A stretch of DNA of 64,000 nucleotides from an uncultured bacterium (GCA_963721685.1 CAVRJJ010000005.1:167943-231942), one strand, 5' to 3'; counted from the first letter of the stretch, positions 1-9,624 are shown. The notes: generated from the sequence alone by a model not told the origin. Program-made: numbers and translations.

Positions 1-874
1 TTCCTACAAATCATTTGACGCCGGGGTTGAAGCCACCACCCGAACCCTTGCCCAGGCTGACAAAGCCCCCATGGCAAAAGCCCTGCTAGACCCCAACACC
101 ACGGCGATACAGGTGGGTCACGCCGAGTCTTACCTGGGAACCAGCCGCTATCCCGGCACCACCATTTGGGCTGAAGCTGCCCACGACAACCCAGCAGCCT
201 ACGAATCAAAATGGAAAACCCTTATCCGGCAGGTCCGCACAAACTATAAAGATACGGCCGCTTTGGTAATTGGCACCACCGAGAAGGAGCTCATTACCGG
301 TAAGCGGGAGCCGGGGAAGCTTCAATTTGACGGAAGCGGCACGGTAGACGCCGATGACGACACCGCCAACGGTAAGTGCACCACGGAAACCGACCCCTCC
401 GCAGATGCCGCCGGTGTAGCCCAGATGGCCATTAAGCTTTCGTGGCCGGACGCCTCCCATGGCAGCACGCCCAACCAGGCATACCGAAATGCCTTCAACG
501 ACTTTAACCCGTCTGGCCCCGGTTACGATGATTGCGGCGCGTTTGTAGCCACGGTCATGAGGGCAAGCGGAGCCGACAAAAGCTACCCCCCGGGCGGCAC
601 CTCCAACCAAGAGGCATATGTGCGGGCGCATCCCGAAAAATACGATGTAAAGAACAGCGTTGAAAGCACCGCCGACCTTGAGCCGGGGGACATATTAATT
701 GTTAACCAGGGCAGCGGGCAGGGCGCCTCCGGCCACACACTTATTTACGTGGGGAAGCAAAAACCCAAAGGCTTTGATGCCGCCAGCGCCTCACTCAACT
801 CTCGCGCCGGAAACCTGGGACCCGTAACTTTATCCGATCACCGTGGAACCTATTTGCGGGCGAGGTTAAAATAA
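1..874 (+). CDS. Secreted CHAP/NlpC-P60-like cysteine peptidase domain protein, 5'-truncated by the window edge (putative peptidoglycan hydrolase)
   Basis: The reading frame is open from position 2 to the stop at 874; the track's ATG at 71 is internal. The C-terminal region (DDCGAFVATVMRASG ... GDILIVNQGSGQGASGHTLIYVG) resembles the Cys/His core of CHAP or NlpC/P60 amidases. Family assignment is by motif recall only. Confidence 0.4.
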   Translation, partial: SYKSFDAGVEATTRTLAQADKAPMAKALLDPNTTAIQVGHAESYLGTSRYPGTTIWAEAAHDNPAAYESKWKTLIRQVRTNYKDTAALVIGTTEKELITGKREPGKLQFDGSGTVDADDDTANGKCTTETDPSADAAGVAQMAIKLSWPDASHGSTPNQAYRNAFNDFNPSGPGYDDCGAFVATVMRASGADKSYPPGGTSNQEAYVRAHPEKYDVKNSVESTADLEPGDILIVNQGSGQGASGHTLIYVGKQKPKGFDAASASLNSRAGNLGPVTLSDHRGTYLRARLK

Positions 875-878
875 CCAC

Positions 879-1517
879 ATGAACTTGCTTTACCAGCTGC
901 GCGTTCCCATGGCTTTTGCGTTAATTGCGGCGTTATTCTTCTTCCTGACTATTCAGGCTGGCCCGTCGTCACCCAAGGGCACCATAACAGCCGAGGTTGC
1001 CCCCGAAGGAGCCACCATAAGCATCGACGGCCGCGAAATGAGCAGTGAAGTCACGGTGGAAACCGGCGATCATACCGTTGAAGCTAAAATGGATGGATTC
1101 GCCACCCAGTCACAACAAGTTGATCTCAAAGAGGGCCAAACCCTAAAGGTTGGTTTCGTGCTAGAGTCCAACAGCCCCGAAACCGCCGACTGGTATACCG
1201 AGCACCCCGAAGACCAGCAATTAGCCGAGGTCATCCTTGGGCAACTGTCAGACTTTAACACCGAATCCGCGATCCAGACCAATCCTTTGCTACAGCAACT
1301 TCCTTACTCTTACTCTGACGGGAATAGCGGTTTTGTAAACATTGATCATGGCGTGCCGGTCAAAGGATCCAGCCAACCCGCCATCTACGTTTCAGCTCGA
1401 ACCCCTTTGGCCCGCCAGGAGGCGGTTGCCTGGATAAGAAGCCAGGGCTACGACCCCACCACAATGGACATCATATTTAAGGGCGAAGTAAACCCGTTTA
1501 GGGGCCAGACAAAATGA
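879..1517 (+). CDS. PEGA-domain secreted or membrane-anchored protein
   Basis: N-terminal hydrophobic signal/anchor, then TITAEVAPEGATISIDGREMSSEVTVETGDHTVEAKMDGFATQSQQVDL, which fits the PEGA domain pattern. Tightly spaced after the upstream gene. Confidence 0.55.
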   Translation: MNLLYQLRVPMAFALIAALFFFLTIQAGPSSPKGTITAEVAPEGATISIDGREMSSEVTVETGDHTVEAKMDGFATQSQQVDLKEGQTLKVGFVLESNSPETADWYTEHPEDQQLAEVILGQLSDFNTESAIQTNPLLQQLPYSYSDGNSGFVNIDHGVPVKGSSQPAIYVSARTPLARQEAVAWIRSQGYDPTTMDIIFKGEVNPFRGQTK

Positions 1518-1807
1518 TGGGGCTGAAGCGACTGCATTTATTTATTTTTGCCCTGGCTGCTGTGGCGGGCGCCGGTTTGGGCGCGTGGTACAACCATGCG
1601 CGCTCCTTTGGTGAGGTTTCCTTCAAAATTCCGGCGGGGGAACATGTTTTGGTTTACAAAGATGCTGGAGACGACAGCCCCTTTAGCGTTAGTTCGGCGG
1701 GAACACCAATTGCCACGGCCGGACCAAACGAAACAACCAAGCTATCGTGGGGGACTTACGCCGCCGTAGTGAGAGGACCCCGACGACACCTATGCCAGCC
1801 CGGTTAA
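1514..1807 (+). CDS. Hypothetical membrane-anchored protein (possibly the N-terminal half of a gene split from 1815..2159)
   Basis: Start codon overlaps the upstream stop (ATGA). N-terminal transmembrane helix LHLFIFALAAVAGAGLGAW. No recognizable domain. Confidence 0.35.
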   Translation: MMGLKRLHLFIFALAAVAGAGLGAWYNHARSFGEVSFKIPAGEHVLVYKDAGDDSPFSVSSAGTPIATAGPNETTKLSWGTYAAVVRGPRRHLCQPG

Positions 1808-1814
1808 AAAGTTT

Positions 1815-2159
1815 GTGGTTGACCGGTCCGTCGTAGTGGTGGAGCCAACCCTTACCCTTTCGGAAAAATCCCGTGCCCAGGCACTGTTACGGGAGCGCGG
1901 GGCCGCCAAGGCTATGCTCCAGGGCCGATACTCGCTATCCCAGCGCGGGTACGTTATTTCGGCCGACGGGCTTTTTGGGGCCGCCGAATGGTACGGGTGT
2001 GTTCTTAAACCGCAAAACGCTGCCCAAGACACCCTGCGGGTCATCCTTCAGAAAAAAAACGGTGGGTGGGTTGTGGCGGCCAAACCAGCCATCACCATTG
2101 GCGCCCCATCGCACCCAGACATTCCCTTTGATGTAGTGAGGCAGGTAAATGAGCTGTAG
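1815..2159 (+). CDS. Hypothetical protein (GTG start; possibly the C-terminal half of a split gene)
   Basis: Open frame with GTG start. The same frame is open upstream back to position 1773, directly behind the end of the 1514 ORF, which suggests a frameshift fusion. Confidence 0.35.
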   Translation: MVDRSVVVVEPTLTLSEKSRAQALLRERGAAKAMLQGRYSLSQRGYVISADGLFGAAEWYGCVLKPQNAAQDTLRVILQKKNGGWVVAAKPAITIGAPSHPDIPFDVVRQVNEL

Positions 2160-2169
2160 GTTTTTGCTT

Positions 2170-2427
2170 TTAACCTATGCGCACAACCAGCCGCGACACC
2201 CCCATTTTTGCCAGGCCGTCCAAGAGCTCTACCTGGCCCAGCCGCAGTTCGCTAGCTAAGCTGGCGCTGGCAGTGGTTATCTTAAGAACACCTTCATTAA
2301 GACTGGTGGCGCGACACTGCCCGGCGTAGCGCCCATCAAGATAGCGCTGGATTTCACTTAGTTGGCTGGCCCGCTCAAGCCCAAGTTCATGTGCCCGCTT
2401 CTTTAAATAATCCCGCATGCTATCCAC
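2170..2427 (-). CDS. DUF721 (RemB/DciA-like) protein encoded immediately downstream of recF
   Basis: 85 aa. Position directly after recF in the dnaA-dnaN-recF array is the classic location of DUF721/DciA-type proteins. The start overlaps the recF stop. Confidence 0.55.
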   Translation of the reverse strand: MDSMRDYLKKRAHELGLERASQLSEIQRYLDGRYAGQCRATSLNEGVLKITTASASLASELRLGQVELLDGLAKMGVSRLVVRIG

Positions 2428-3490
2428 GGCTTACCTCGTTAGTAAAAAGCGTGGCGTGGCTCGTAGTCAGCTCCTTAGAAACATCGGCATTGGTCGTGGT
2501 TATAACGGCCTGATAGTCGCCCAGGGTCTTAAGAAGGTGGCGGCGGCGGAAATCATCCAGTTCGCTAAACACATCATCTAGGAGTAAAAGCGGCTTGGCT
2601 CCGGTTTGATCCTTAATATAGGCCAGCTCGGCTAGTTTAAGCGACATTACCACGGTGCGCATTTCTCCACGGGAGGCCACGGCAGTAATGGGCGCGCCTT
2701 TAAAACTAATTGCCACGTCGTCGCGATGGGGGCCGATTGTCGTAAAACCGGCAGCCACATCACGAGCCTGGTTGGCTTCGAGCATCCGAATAAAGGCCGA
2801 GGGGTAGTCATCCTCCTCGCAGACTCCGCGATAGAGGAGGCCCAGATTCTCCCGCTCGCCCGAAATAGCCCCATAGGTGTCGGCGGCCAGGCGATTAACG
2901 TGACCCACTACCGCCCGACGCATTATGTTGATTTCGGCCGCGGCCTGGGCAAGCTGGACGTTCCAGGCAAACAACTCCGAGGTGTTGCCTTGCCATGCGC
3001 TTAGTAAAAAATTTCGCTGCTGCAGTATCCGCCGATACTGGTTGAGGATTTTCGCGTAGCGTTTGTCGGTTTGGGTTAGCACAAAGTCCAGATACCGGCG
3101 GCGGCGGTCGGGGCCGCCGGTAATCAACAGGAGGTCGCCAGGCTCAAATAGCACCACCCGAACCGTGCCCAGGTGTTCGATAAGGCTTTTGGCCACCCCT
3201 CCGTGACGCGCCCGTTTTTCGGTGCCCTTCTCGCTGGCCTGATAGCCCATTGTTAGTTCAGTCGTGTCGTCTAGGCTTGCCGCCACCCGATAAAAGGACT
3301 CCCCGTGGCGAATCAACTCGCCGTCTTTGGCTCGGAAAGATTTGGTAGTTGCAAGCACAAAGAGACCCTCAAGCAAATTGGTCTTCCCGGTAGCGTTTGG
3401 TCCAACAATTAAGGTAGCGTTTGGATCTAGGCGCACGGTGTGGTCGGCGTAAGAGCGGAAGTTGGTAAGGGTTAGTTGGGTGAGGCTCAT
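2420..3490 (-). CDS. recF: DNA replication and repair protein RecF
   Basis: N-terminal LTLTNFRSY, Walker A GPNATGKTNLLEG, signature and Walker B LLLLDDVFSELD. 356 aa. Confidence 0.95.
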   Translation of the reverse strand: MSLTQLTLTNFRSYADHTVRLDPNATLIVGPNATGKTNLLEGLFVLATTKSFRAKDGELIRHGESFYRVAASLDDTTELTMGYQASEKGTEKRARHGGVAKSLIEHLGTVRVVLFEPGDLLLITGGPDRRRRYLDFVLTQTDKRYAKILNQYRRILQQRNFLLSAWQGNTSELFAWNVQLAQAAAEINIMRRAVVGHVNRLAADTYGAISGERENLGLLYRGVCEEDDYPSAFIRMLEANQARDVAAGFTTIGPHRDDVAISFKGAPITAVASRGEMRTVVMSLKLAELAYIKDQTGAKPLLLLDDVFSELDDFRRRHLLKTLGDYQAVITTTNADVSKELTTSHATLFTNEVSRG

Positions 3491-3611
3491 TATTTACAGT
3501 ATAGCCCTCGCGGCCTTGGGCGCGCCGTGGTAGAGCTTTTATGGCATGTCGGCAGCCGGCACGAGCCATGATGACCATGCTCAGAAAAGTTGCTACCCGG
3601 TAAGCCCGGCC

Positions 3612-4721
3612 TTATGTTCGCAACGGCATAATAATGTGTACGTAATCATCGGTGTCGTCTTCGTGGAGCGGGCGCAAGGCACAAGGGTTAAGCTTGCCAC
3701 TCATGGCAAAGGAAATTTGCTTGGTCTTAATGGCCGCCAGGGCGTCGCTTAAATAGCGGGCATTAAGTGAGATCTCGCCATCATCGCCCGCAACCTCGCA
3801 TTCGGCGCTAGAAGTATTTTCTCCCACCTGGGAGGCTGAAGACATTATACGGATTTCGCCTTCAGCTTGAACTTCAACCCGAATGCTTCCGGCGTTTTCC
3901 CGCGCAAACAAGCTGGCCATTTTGGTGAGCCGCGCCAGCTCGGCGGTATCAAGGGTGGCAACTGTTTTTTCCTCTTGGGGAATAATTTGGCGGTAGTTGG
4001 GAAATTGCCCCTCAATGAGCCGGGATACAATCTCAATATTATCCAGCTGGAACATAACTTGGTTGTCGGCCAGGAAAACCCGCACTTCGCCGTCATTATC
4101 TGCTAAAATGCGCGCCAACTCCTGCATAGTACGCGCCGGAACGATAGCCTCGAGCTCAGCTGCTTTGGAGGATGCCAGGGGAATGTGGCGTTCTGCCAAC
4201 CGGTAGCTGTCGGTAGCGACTAAAATTAGGTTGCCTTCCTCGATGTACATGTACACACCGGCTAAAACCGGCCGGTTTTCATCAGGAGATGCCGCCACAA
4301 CAACTTCAGCGATGGCCTCTCTAAATTCGGCTGCCGGCAATACCACGGACGGGTCGGCCTTAACCTCTGGAATTAAAGGGAATTCATCAGCAGAAATACC
4401 GTTTATGTGAGATTCGTAGTGCGGGGTTGTGATGGTAAGGTTGGTTTCACTGGCACTTATTTCCAGCTTGCCGCTTGGTAGGTTGGAAACAAACTCGCTT
4501 AATAGGCGGGCCGGAGAGGTAACCGCACCTTCCTGGGTAACCTTACAACCAATCCAACAGGTAACTCCTATTTCTAGGTTGGTCGCTGAAAGACGCAGCC
4601 GATTGGTGTCGGTGCTTAATAGTATATTACTTAAAACCGGAAGACTGCTACGACTACTCACCACTCGTCCAACAGTTCCCAAGGCTTTATGAAAGTTTTC
4701 CTGGGTAACGCTGAGTTTCAT
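3612..4721 (-). CDS. dnaN: DNA polymerase III beta subunit (sliding clamp) DnaN
   Basis: MKLSVTQENFHKALGTVGRVV... has the three-domain clamp length (about 369 aa). The ATG at 4721 is preferred; the maximal ORF starts with GTG at 4730. Confidence 0.93.
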   Translation of the reverse strand: MKLSVTQENFHKALGTVGRVVSSRSSLPVLSNILLSTDTNRLRLSATNLEIGVTCWIGCKVTQEGAVTSPARLLSEFVSNLPSGKLEISASETNLTITTPHYESHINGISADEFPLIPEVKADPSVVLPAAEFREAIAEVVVAASPDENRPVLAGVYMYIEEGNLILVATDSYRLAERHIPLASSKAAELEAIVPARTMQELARILADNDGEVRVFLADNQVMFQLDNIEIVSRLIEGQFPNYRQIIPQEEKTVATLDTAELARLTKMASLFARENAGSIRVEVQAEGEIRIMSSASQVGENTSSAECEVAGDDGEISLNARYLSDALAAIKTKQISFAMSGKLNPCALRPLHEDDTDDYVHIIMPLRT

Positions 4722-4985
4722 TCTTTCCACATCCTTTTGTTGTTCCTAAGTATAACTTAAAAATCATTAAATTAAACAAGGGCTAGTCTTAGGGGGAGTG
4801 GACAGTGGGCATAACTTTGGAATTTTACCTGCCCGGACGCTTAATACTAATGCTTTCCATGTGGGTAAATACGCTTATGGTTGTTATAAAAAAGGGGATG
4901 AAAGGGGACTTAAAATATTTGGCCTGAGCATAACCATTAAGAGTTTGTGTATAAGCGGCGGAAAGCTTTAGTTGTTTCCACACAA
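4722..4985. promoter_or_regulatory. dnaA-dnaN intergenic region with DnaA-box-like 9-mers (putative oriC half)
   Basis: AT-rich 264 bp. TGTGGGTAA (4859-4867) and TGTGTATAA (4946-4954) are each one mismatch from TGTGGATAA. TTTCCACAT/TTTCCACAC variants lie near 4724 and 4975. Confidence 0.45.
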
Positions 4986-6407
4986 TTATCGGCCGATTTG
5001 TTCCTTAATTTGGTTGATTTCGCTACGCAGCTTAGAGTCTACTTCAATTAATTTTTCAATTTTAGTGACGGAATGCATTGCGGTAGTGTGGTCGCGGCCG
5101 CCAACTGTCGAAGCGATTTTGGGGAAACTCAACTCTAGCTCTTCACGCATAAGGTACATGCTGATTTGCCGCGGGACTACGATGTCGCGGTCGCGCTTGG
5201 TGCCGGTAATATCGGTGGGCAGCAGATCAAAAAAAGCAGCGGTCTTTTCAATAATTAAGCGCGGAGTGACGTGTCTTTGGCGGCGCGACCCAGAGCTAGG
5301 CCCATTAAGTTCTTGGGCAACATTTACGCTTGGCGCGATGCCGCGCACCTCGCAGTAAGCCATGAGTTGAGTCAACGCTCCCTCTAGCTCGCGAATATTG
5401 TGCTGGAACTTGTGGGCTAGAAATTCAACGATTTCAAACGACAAGCTTGTTCCTTGTGCCAGGGCTTTGCGCTGGATGATGGCGGCGCGGGTTTCTAGGT
5501 CGGGGCGCTGAACATCGGCGGCCATTCCCATTTCGAAACGGCTACGAAGACGGTCCTCAAGGTGGGGAATTGCCTTCGGCGGCTTATCGCTGGACATTAT
5601 TATCTGCTTATTTGACTGATGAAGGGTGTTAAAGGTGTGGAAGAATTCTTCCTGAGTTTTTTCTTTGTTTCCTAAAAACTGGATATCATCAACTATGAGG
5701 ACGTCGAGGTTTCGGTAGAGGTCGGCGAAACTCCGGGTTTTTTTGGTTTGAATGCTGTGTAGAAACTCGTTGGTAAACTGTTCGCTCGTGACATAGCGGA
5801 CACGCTTAGATGGGTCGCCGCGCAAAATCTCATTGCCCACCGCCTGCATGAGGTGGGTTTTGCCCAGGCCGACGCCGCCGTAAATAAAAAGCGGGCTATA
5901 TTTTTCGCCGGGATACTTGGCGACAGCTTGGCAGGCGGCATAGGCTAGTTCGTTGCTGGAGCCAACAACGTAATTGTCAAAAGTATAGCGCGGGTTTAAA
6001 AGTGGGGTTGAGGCGGCCCGGCGATCGGGCTCAGCGCTCCGAAACTCCGCGCCGGTTTTAGCGGTGGCGTGTGTGCCAAGGGCTACAACAGGACGAGCGA
6101 AGCTCCCGCTGGCACCGGTGCCAGGACTAATAAACGAGTCCCTGGTGGGCTCGGCCGCAGCCCGAGTAACCACCCGGTACTCAATTGACGTTACGGTGGG
6201 GTCCATACGGGCCACCGTTTTAAAAATTTCATCAAAGCATTTTTCTTCCAGCCAGCGTTTTGTATAAATATTAGGAACGCTCACTATAACGTGGCCATCC
6301 TCGCGCCCAATAATTGAGGTATTGCGCAGCCAGGTGTTGAAGTTGCCGGTGCTCATGGTTAGTTCCAGCTCACCCAATAATCCCTGCCATAGCTTGCGCG
6401 AATCCAT
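4986..6407 (-). CDS. dnaA: Chromosomal replication initiator protein DnaA
   Basis: AAA+ Walker A GGVGLGKTHL, sensor motifs and the C-terminal DNA-binding domain. The N-terminus MDSRKLWQ... aligns with the canonical DnaA start. The maximal ORF extends to a GTG at 6464 that overlaps a DnaA box. Confidence 0.93.
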   Translation of the reverse strand: MDSRKLWQGLLGELELTMSTGNFNTWLRNTSIIGREDGHVIVSVPNIYTKRWLEEKCFDEIFKTVARMDPTVTSIEYRVVTRAAAEPTRDSFISPGTGASGSFARPVVALGTHATAKTGAEFRSAEPDRRAASTPLLNPRYTFDNYVVGSSNELAYAACQAVAKYPGEKYSPLFIYGGVGLGKTHLMQAVGNEILRGDPSKRVRYVTSEQFTNEFLHSIQTKKTRSFADLYRNLDVLIVDDIQFLGNKEKTQEEFFHTFNTLHQSNKQIIMSSDKPPKAIPHLEDRLRSRFEMGMAADVQRPDLETRAAIIQRKALAQGTSLSFEIVEFLAHKFQHNIRELEGALTQLMAYCEVRGIAPSVNVAQELNGPSSGSRRQRHVTPRLIIEKTAAFFDLLPTDITGTKRDRDIVVPRQISMYLMREELELSFPKIASTVGGRDHTTAMHSVTKIEKLIEVDSKLRSEINQIKEQIGR

Positions 6408-6654
6408 AGACCTCAACTTTGTTTTAATAGCCATATAATCATAACCAGAATTAAGATTGTCCACAACCGCTTTTGCACGCCAAACTTATCCACAGGCGGA
6501 AACGTCTAAGATCTAGGTTGGTGTAAAACTTCCTACTTTTTGGGGAAAAGAAAATGAAGAAAAAATTTTGTTCAAGCCCACCGCCAAATTCATGGCAGCT
6601 AGTGAGCTATGCGGGAAATTGACGCTGGCGCAGGATTGACGTATGATATAGCCC
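6408..6654. promoter_or_regulatory. dnaA upstream region: DnaA boxes, AT-rich stretch and the divergent rpmH promoter (putative oriC / dnaA autoregulation)
   Basis: Perfect TTATCCACA at 6486-6494 and TTGTCCACA at 6457-6465. AT-rich run at 6541-6575. TTGACG(6619-6624)-N17-TATGAT(6642-6647) promoter for rpmH. Confidence 0.55.
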
Positions 6655-6792
6655 ATGCCGAAACGAACGTACCAGCCAAAGAAAAAGCGACGAATGCGCG
6701 TACACGGGTTCCTCCAAAGGATGAGCACGCGCGCTGGTCGGCTGGTGCTAAAGCGCCGCCGCCTTAAAGGGCGAAAGCAGCTAAGCGTTTAA
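6655..6792 (+). CDS. rpmH: 50S ribosomal protein L34
   Basis: [45 protein letters not shown] (45 aa) is unmistakably L34. It is missed by the ORF track (below the length cutoff) and lies behind the near-consensus promoter. Confidence 0.9.
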   Translation: MPKRTYQPKKKRRMRVHGFLQRMSTRAGRLVLKRRRLKGRKQLSV

Positions 6793-6801
6793 CGCGAATT
6801 C

Positions 6802-7149
6802 ATGCTAGCCAGCCGCAACCGTCTTAAGCAACCGCGGGCAATTGCCCGGGTGTTTAGACAGGGGCGGCAGGGCTCAAGCGGAAACATAAGGCTGAAGGCC
6901 TCCATCAACGGCACCCAAGAAAGCCGGGTGGTGGTAGTGGTTAGCAAAAAAGTTTCTAAGCGGGCAGTGGTGCGCAATCGTATCCGCCGCCGGGTTGGCG
7001 CTCTTGTGGCCGAACGCTGGGCGACAGTACCATCTGGATACGATATAGTTATAGTAGTTCACGGCGACATCGCCGAAGCTCCGGCCGCTGAACTAGCTAA
7101 GCAACTTGCCGAAGCAGTCGAACGAACCAAAATGATAACGGTGTCTTAA
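6802..7149 (+). CDS. rnpA: Ribonuclease P protein component
   Basis: 115 aa basic protein directly after rpmH, with the RnpA-type N-terminus LKQPRAIARVFRQG. Confidence 0.85.
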   Translation: MLASRNRLKQPRAIARVFRQGRQGSSGNIRLKASINGTQESRVVVVVSKKVSKRAVVRNRIRRRVGALVAERWATVPSGYDIVIVVHGDIAEAPAAELAKQLAEAVERTKMITVS

Positions 7150-7152
7150 TCT

Positions 7153-8032
7153 ATGTTTACCACGATCTTTGTCGAACCATTATTCAATGTCTTGTTTGTG
7201 TTATACGCGCTGGTACCGGGACATGACTTTGGTGTGGCGGTTATCCTGCTGACTATTTTGGTGCGTATGGCGTTATGGCCGCTGGTAACAAAGCAACTAC
7301 ATTCCCAGCGCGTGTTGCAAAAACTTCAGCCCGAAGTGGCGAAGGTGCGCGCGGCGGCCGGGGGCGATCGTCAAAAAGAAAGTAAAATGTTGATGGAGCT
7401 CTATAAAGAAAAAGGCACCAACCCCTTCGCCTCCATCTTGCCGTTGCTGGTACAGCTCCCAATCTTTTTCGCCCTCTATATTGTTTTGCGGGACGCCGTT
7501 AGACCAGATGAAATTGCTAAGCTGAGCTATGGGTTCGTCCAGCACCTGGGCCCAGTGGCGGACATTATTAGCGAAAAGGTTAGTTTTCATCCTTCACTTT
7601 TTGGGCTTAATCGACCTAACTAAGCCGCACTTGGGCGTAGCCATATTGGCAGGGCTTGCCCAGTTTTACCAGGCCCGGCAGTTGCTGCCGCAAACAATGG
7701 CGGCAGGCGGCGACCAGGCCAAGCTAATGAGGAACATGACCTATATCTTCCCGTTTTTAACTGCCGGCATTGGCATGACCCTTCCGTCCGCACTAGCTCT
7801 ATATTGGTTGTTTACCAGCCTGGTAGCTGCCTTCCAGCAGTATTGGGTTTTGCTGCGCGATGCTGAAGAGCTTGAGGCCATCGAGGATAAAATTCATCCG
7901 CCGGCCGCTTCTAAAAAAACTTCTCCAAGCAAACCAACCCTAAGTAAAGCGCAACGTAAGGCCGTCGCCCGCAAGGCCAACCCGAAAAGTAAGGGGAAGG
8001 TTTCTAAGGCGCCCGGGAGTAAGGCGGAATGA
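7153..8032 (+). CDS. yidC: Membrane protein insertase YidC (short Gram-positive type, Lys-rich tail) with an apparent +1 frameshift near 7584-7587
   Basis: The N-terminal half (7153..7623, frame 1) and C-terminal half (7529..8032, frame 2) both match YidC/Oxa1. Removing one T from the TTTT run at 7584-7587 gives a continuous ...ISEKVSFILHFLGLIDLTKP. Confidence 0.8.
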
Positions 8033-8487
8033 ACGAGGAGTTGGTTGAGTCCGCTAAGCGGCAGCTGAGCGATTTATTAAGTTTTTTTGAGCTCAACACT
8101 GCCGTGGATGCCAGTTCAACCGAGGACACTATAATGCTTTCGGTTGATACCGATGACGGCGGCCGGCTCATCGGGCACCGCGGCGAAACCCTAGCAGCTC
8201 TCCAGCATATTATGAACATGCTCGTGCGCCGCCAAACCACCGAGCGGGTTTATGTCCATGTTGATATTGGCGGCTACCGCCAAGCCCGGCTGGAGAAGCT
8301 GGAAGAGCAGGCTCGCGAAGCGGCCGATAAAGTAAGGGCAGGGGGAGAGGGGGTTGCGCTAACGATGATGAGCCCCTCGGAGCGCCGCCACATCCACGCC
8401 ATGCTTACCGAAGTTGAGGGGGTAAGGTCAGAAAGCCGGGGCGAGGGAAACCAACGGCGTCTCATTGTTTTAAGGGACGAGAGCTAG
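8029..8487 (+). CDS. khpB: Jag/KhpB RNA-binding protein (Jag_N, KH, R3H)
   Basis: Overlaps the yidC stop by 4 nt. Has the C-terminal R3H-like ERRHIHAMLTEVEGV. This is the canonical yidC-jag pair. Confidence 0.8.
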   Translation: MNEELVESAKRQLSDLLSFFELNTAVDASSTEDTIMLSVDTDDGGRLIGHRGETLAALQHIMNMLVRRQTTERVYVHVDIGGYRQARLEKLEEQAREAADKVRAGGEGVALTMMSPSERRHIHAMLTEVEGVRSESRGEGNQRRLIVLRDES

Positions 8488-8512
8488 TCTTCGTCGGTAG
8501 CGCCCACCGCCA

Positions 8513-9610
8513 TTATTTGCTAAGCGCTTTCATATAAACCTCCCGGGTTTGTTGTGCCATGCGCTCCCATGAAAAAAGTTTTACATGAACAAGGCCGGCT
8601 TGGCGAAGTTCAGCTAGCCTTCGCGGGCTATCGAGTACGTCGGAAATAACCCGGGCAATATTGTCGGTGTCGTTGGGATCAAAGTAGACGGCGGCCTCTC
8701 CCAATACTTCGGGCAGGCAGCTGGCTTTGGCGGCCGCCACCGGCAGCCCATAGCTCATGGCTTCAAGCGGCGGCAGGCCGAAGCCTTCGGACAAGGAAGG
8801 AAAGACATACAGGGTGGCGTTGCGGTAGTGGTTTGCCAGTTCGTTATCGCTGACAAATCCGGTCAAGGACAGGCTGTCGGCCACGCCCAGTTTGGCGGCA
8901 AGCTTTTTTAGGCTGGCCCCAAACACATCTTCTTTACCCACAATTATTAACTTAAGGCCGGGCCGGGCGACGGTAAGCGCCGGCAAGGCCATTACTAGCC
9001 GCTCGAGGTTTTTATAGGGATAAAGGTTGCCCACATACAAAAGGGTTTGGTCTTTCCGCTCGTGCTTTTTCGCCCCCCGGGGCAACTCCGGGGCGCCATG
9101 GTGGATGGCGGTTATTTTTGAGCTTGGGGCGTAACCGCGCTTAACTAGCTCCCGTTTAGTGTATTCGGCGGGCGTTATGATGGCCTTTGAGGTGTGGATT
9201 ATACGCTTAAGGATATAGCGCATGGCCCAGTATTTTAGCCCATAAAGCAAGGTCCTTATTCCGCCCCGGCGATTCTTGTAGTCGACGAGGGTGAGGTCGT
9301 GAATGGTTGTTACGTGGGCACCCCGGTAGAGGACGGGCGCGTTAAAGCTCAGAAAATGCACCAAATCCGGTTTCAACCGGTGAAGCAGCGCTGCCAGCCG
9401 GATCTGTTCCCCCAGAGAGTAGGGCTTAATAGCGGTTTTTATCCGCAAAAAGTTTGAGCGCTTCGGTTCCCACTTCGACCAATCGCTAGGAGCCACCAAT
9501 ACCATGTACTGGTTTTCACGGTCAATGACTTGCAGGTGGTCCAGCAGGCCTCTGGCATACCGCCCAATGCCAGTCCACGAAAGCGCGCGAGCATCAATGA
9601 CTATAATCAT
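8513..9610 (-). CDS. Glycosyltransferase family 1 (GT4-type)
   Basis: C-terminal EGFGLPPLEAMSYGLPV (the EX7E motif region of GT4). Confidence 0.85.
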   Translation of the reverse strand: MIIVIDARALSWTGIGRYARGLLDHLQVIDRENQYMVLVAPSDWSKWEPKRSNFLRIKTAIKPYSLGEQIRLAALLHRLKPDLVHFLSFNAPVLYRGAHVTTIHDLTLVDYKNRRGGIRTLLYGLKYWAMRYILKRIIHTSKAIITPAEYTKRELVKRGYAPSSKITAIHHGAPELPRGAKKHERKDQTLLYVGNLYPYKNLERLVMALPALTVARPGLKLIIVGKEDVFGASLKKLAAKLGVADSLSLTGFVSDNELANHYRNATLYVFPSLSEGFGLPPLEAMSYGLPVAAAKASCLPEVLGEAAVYFDPNDTDNIARVISDVLDSPRRLAELRQAGLVHVKLFSWERMAQQTREVYMKALSK

Positions 9611-9624
9611 ATAGGCATTATAGG

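Noticed and set aside
6513-6728. 71-aa minus-strand ORF in the dnaA-rpmH intergenic region
   Set aside because: It overlaps the rpmH promoter and start on the opposite strand, and it covers the DnaA-box/AT-rich region. rpmH, which was missed by the track, explains this locus.
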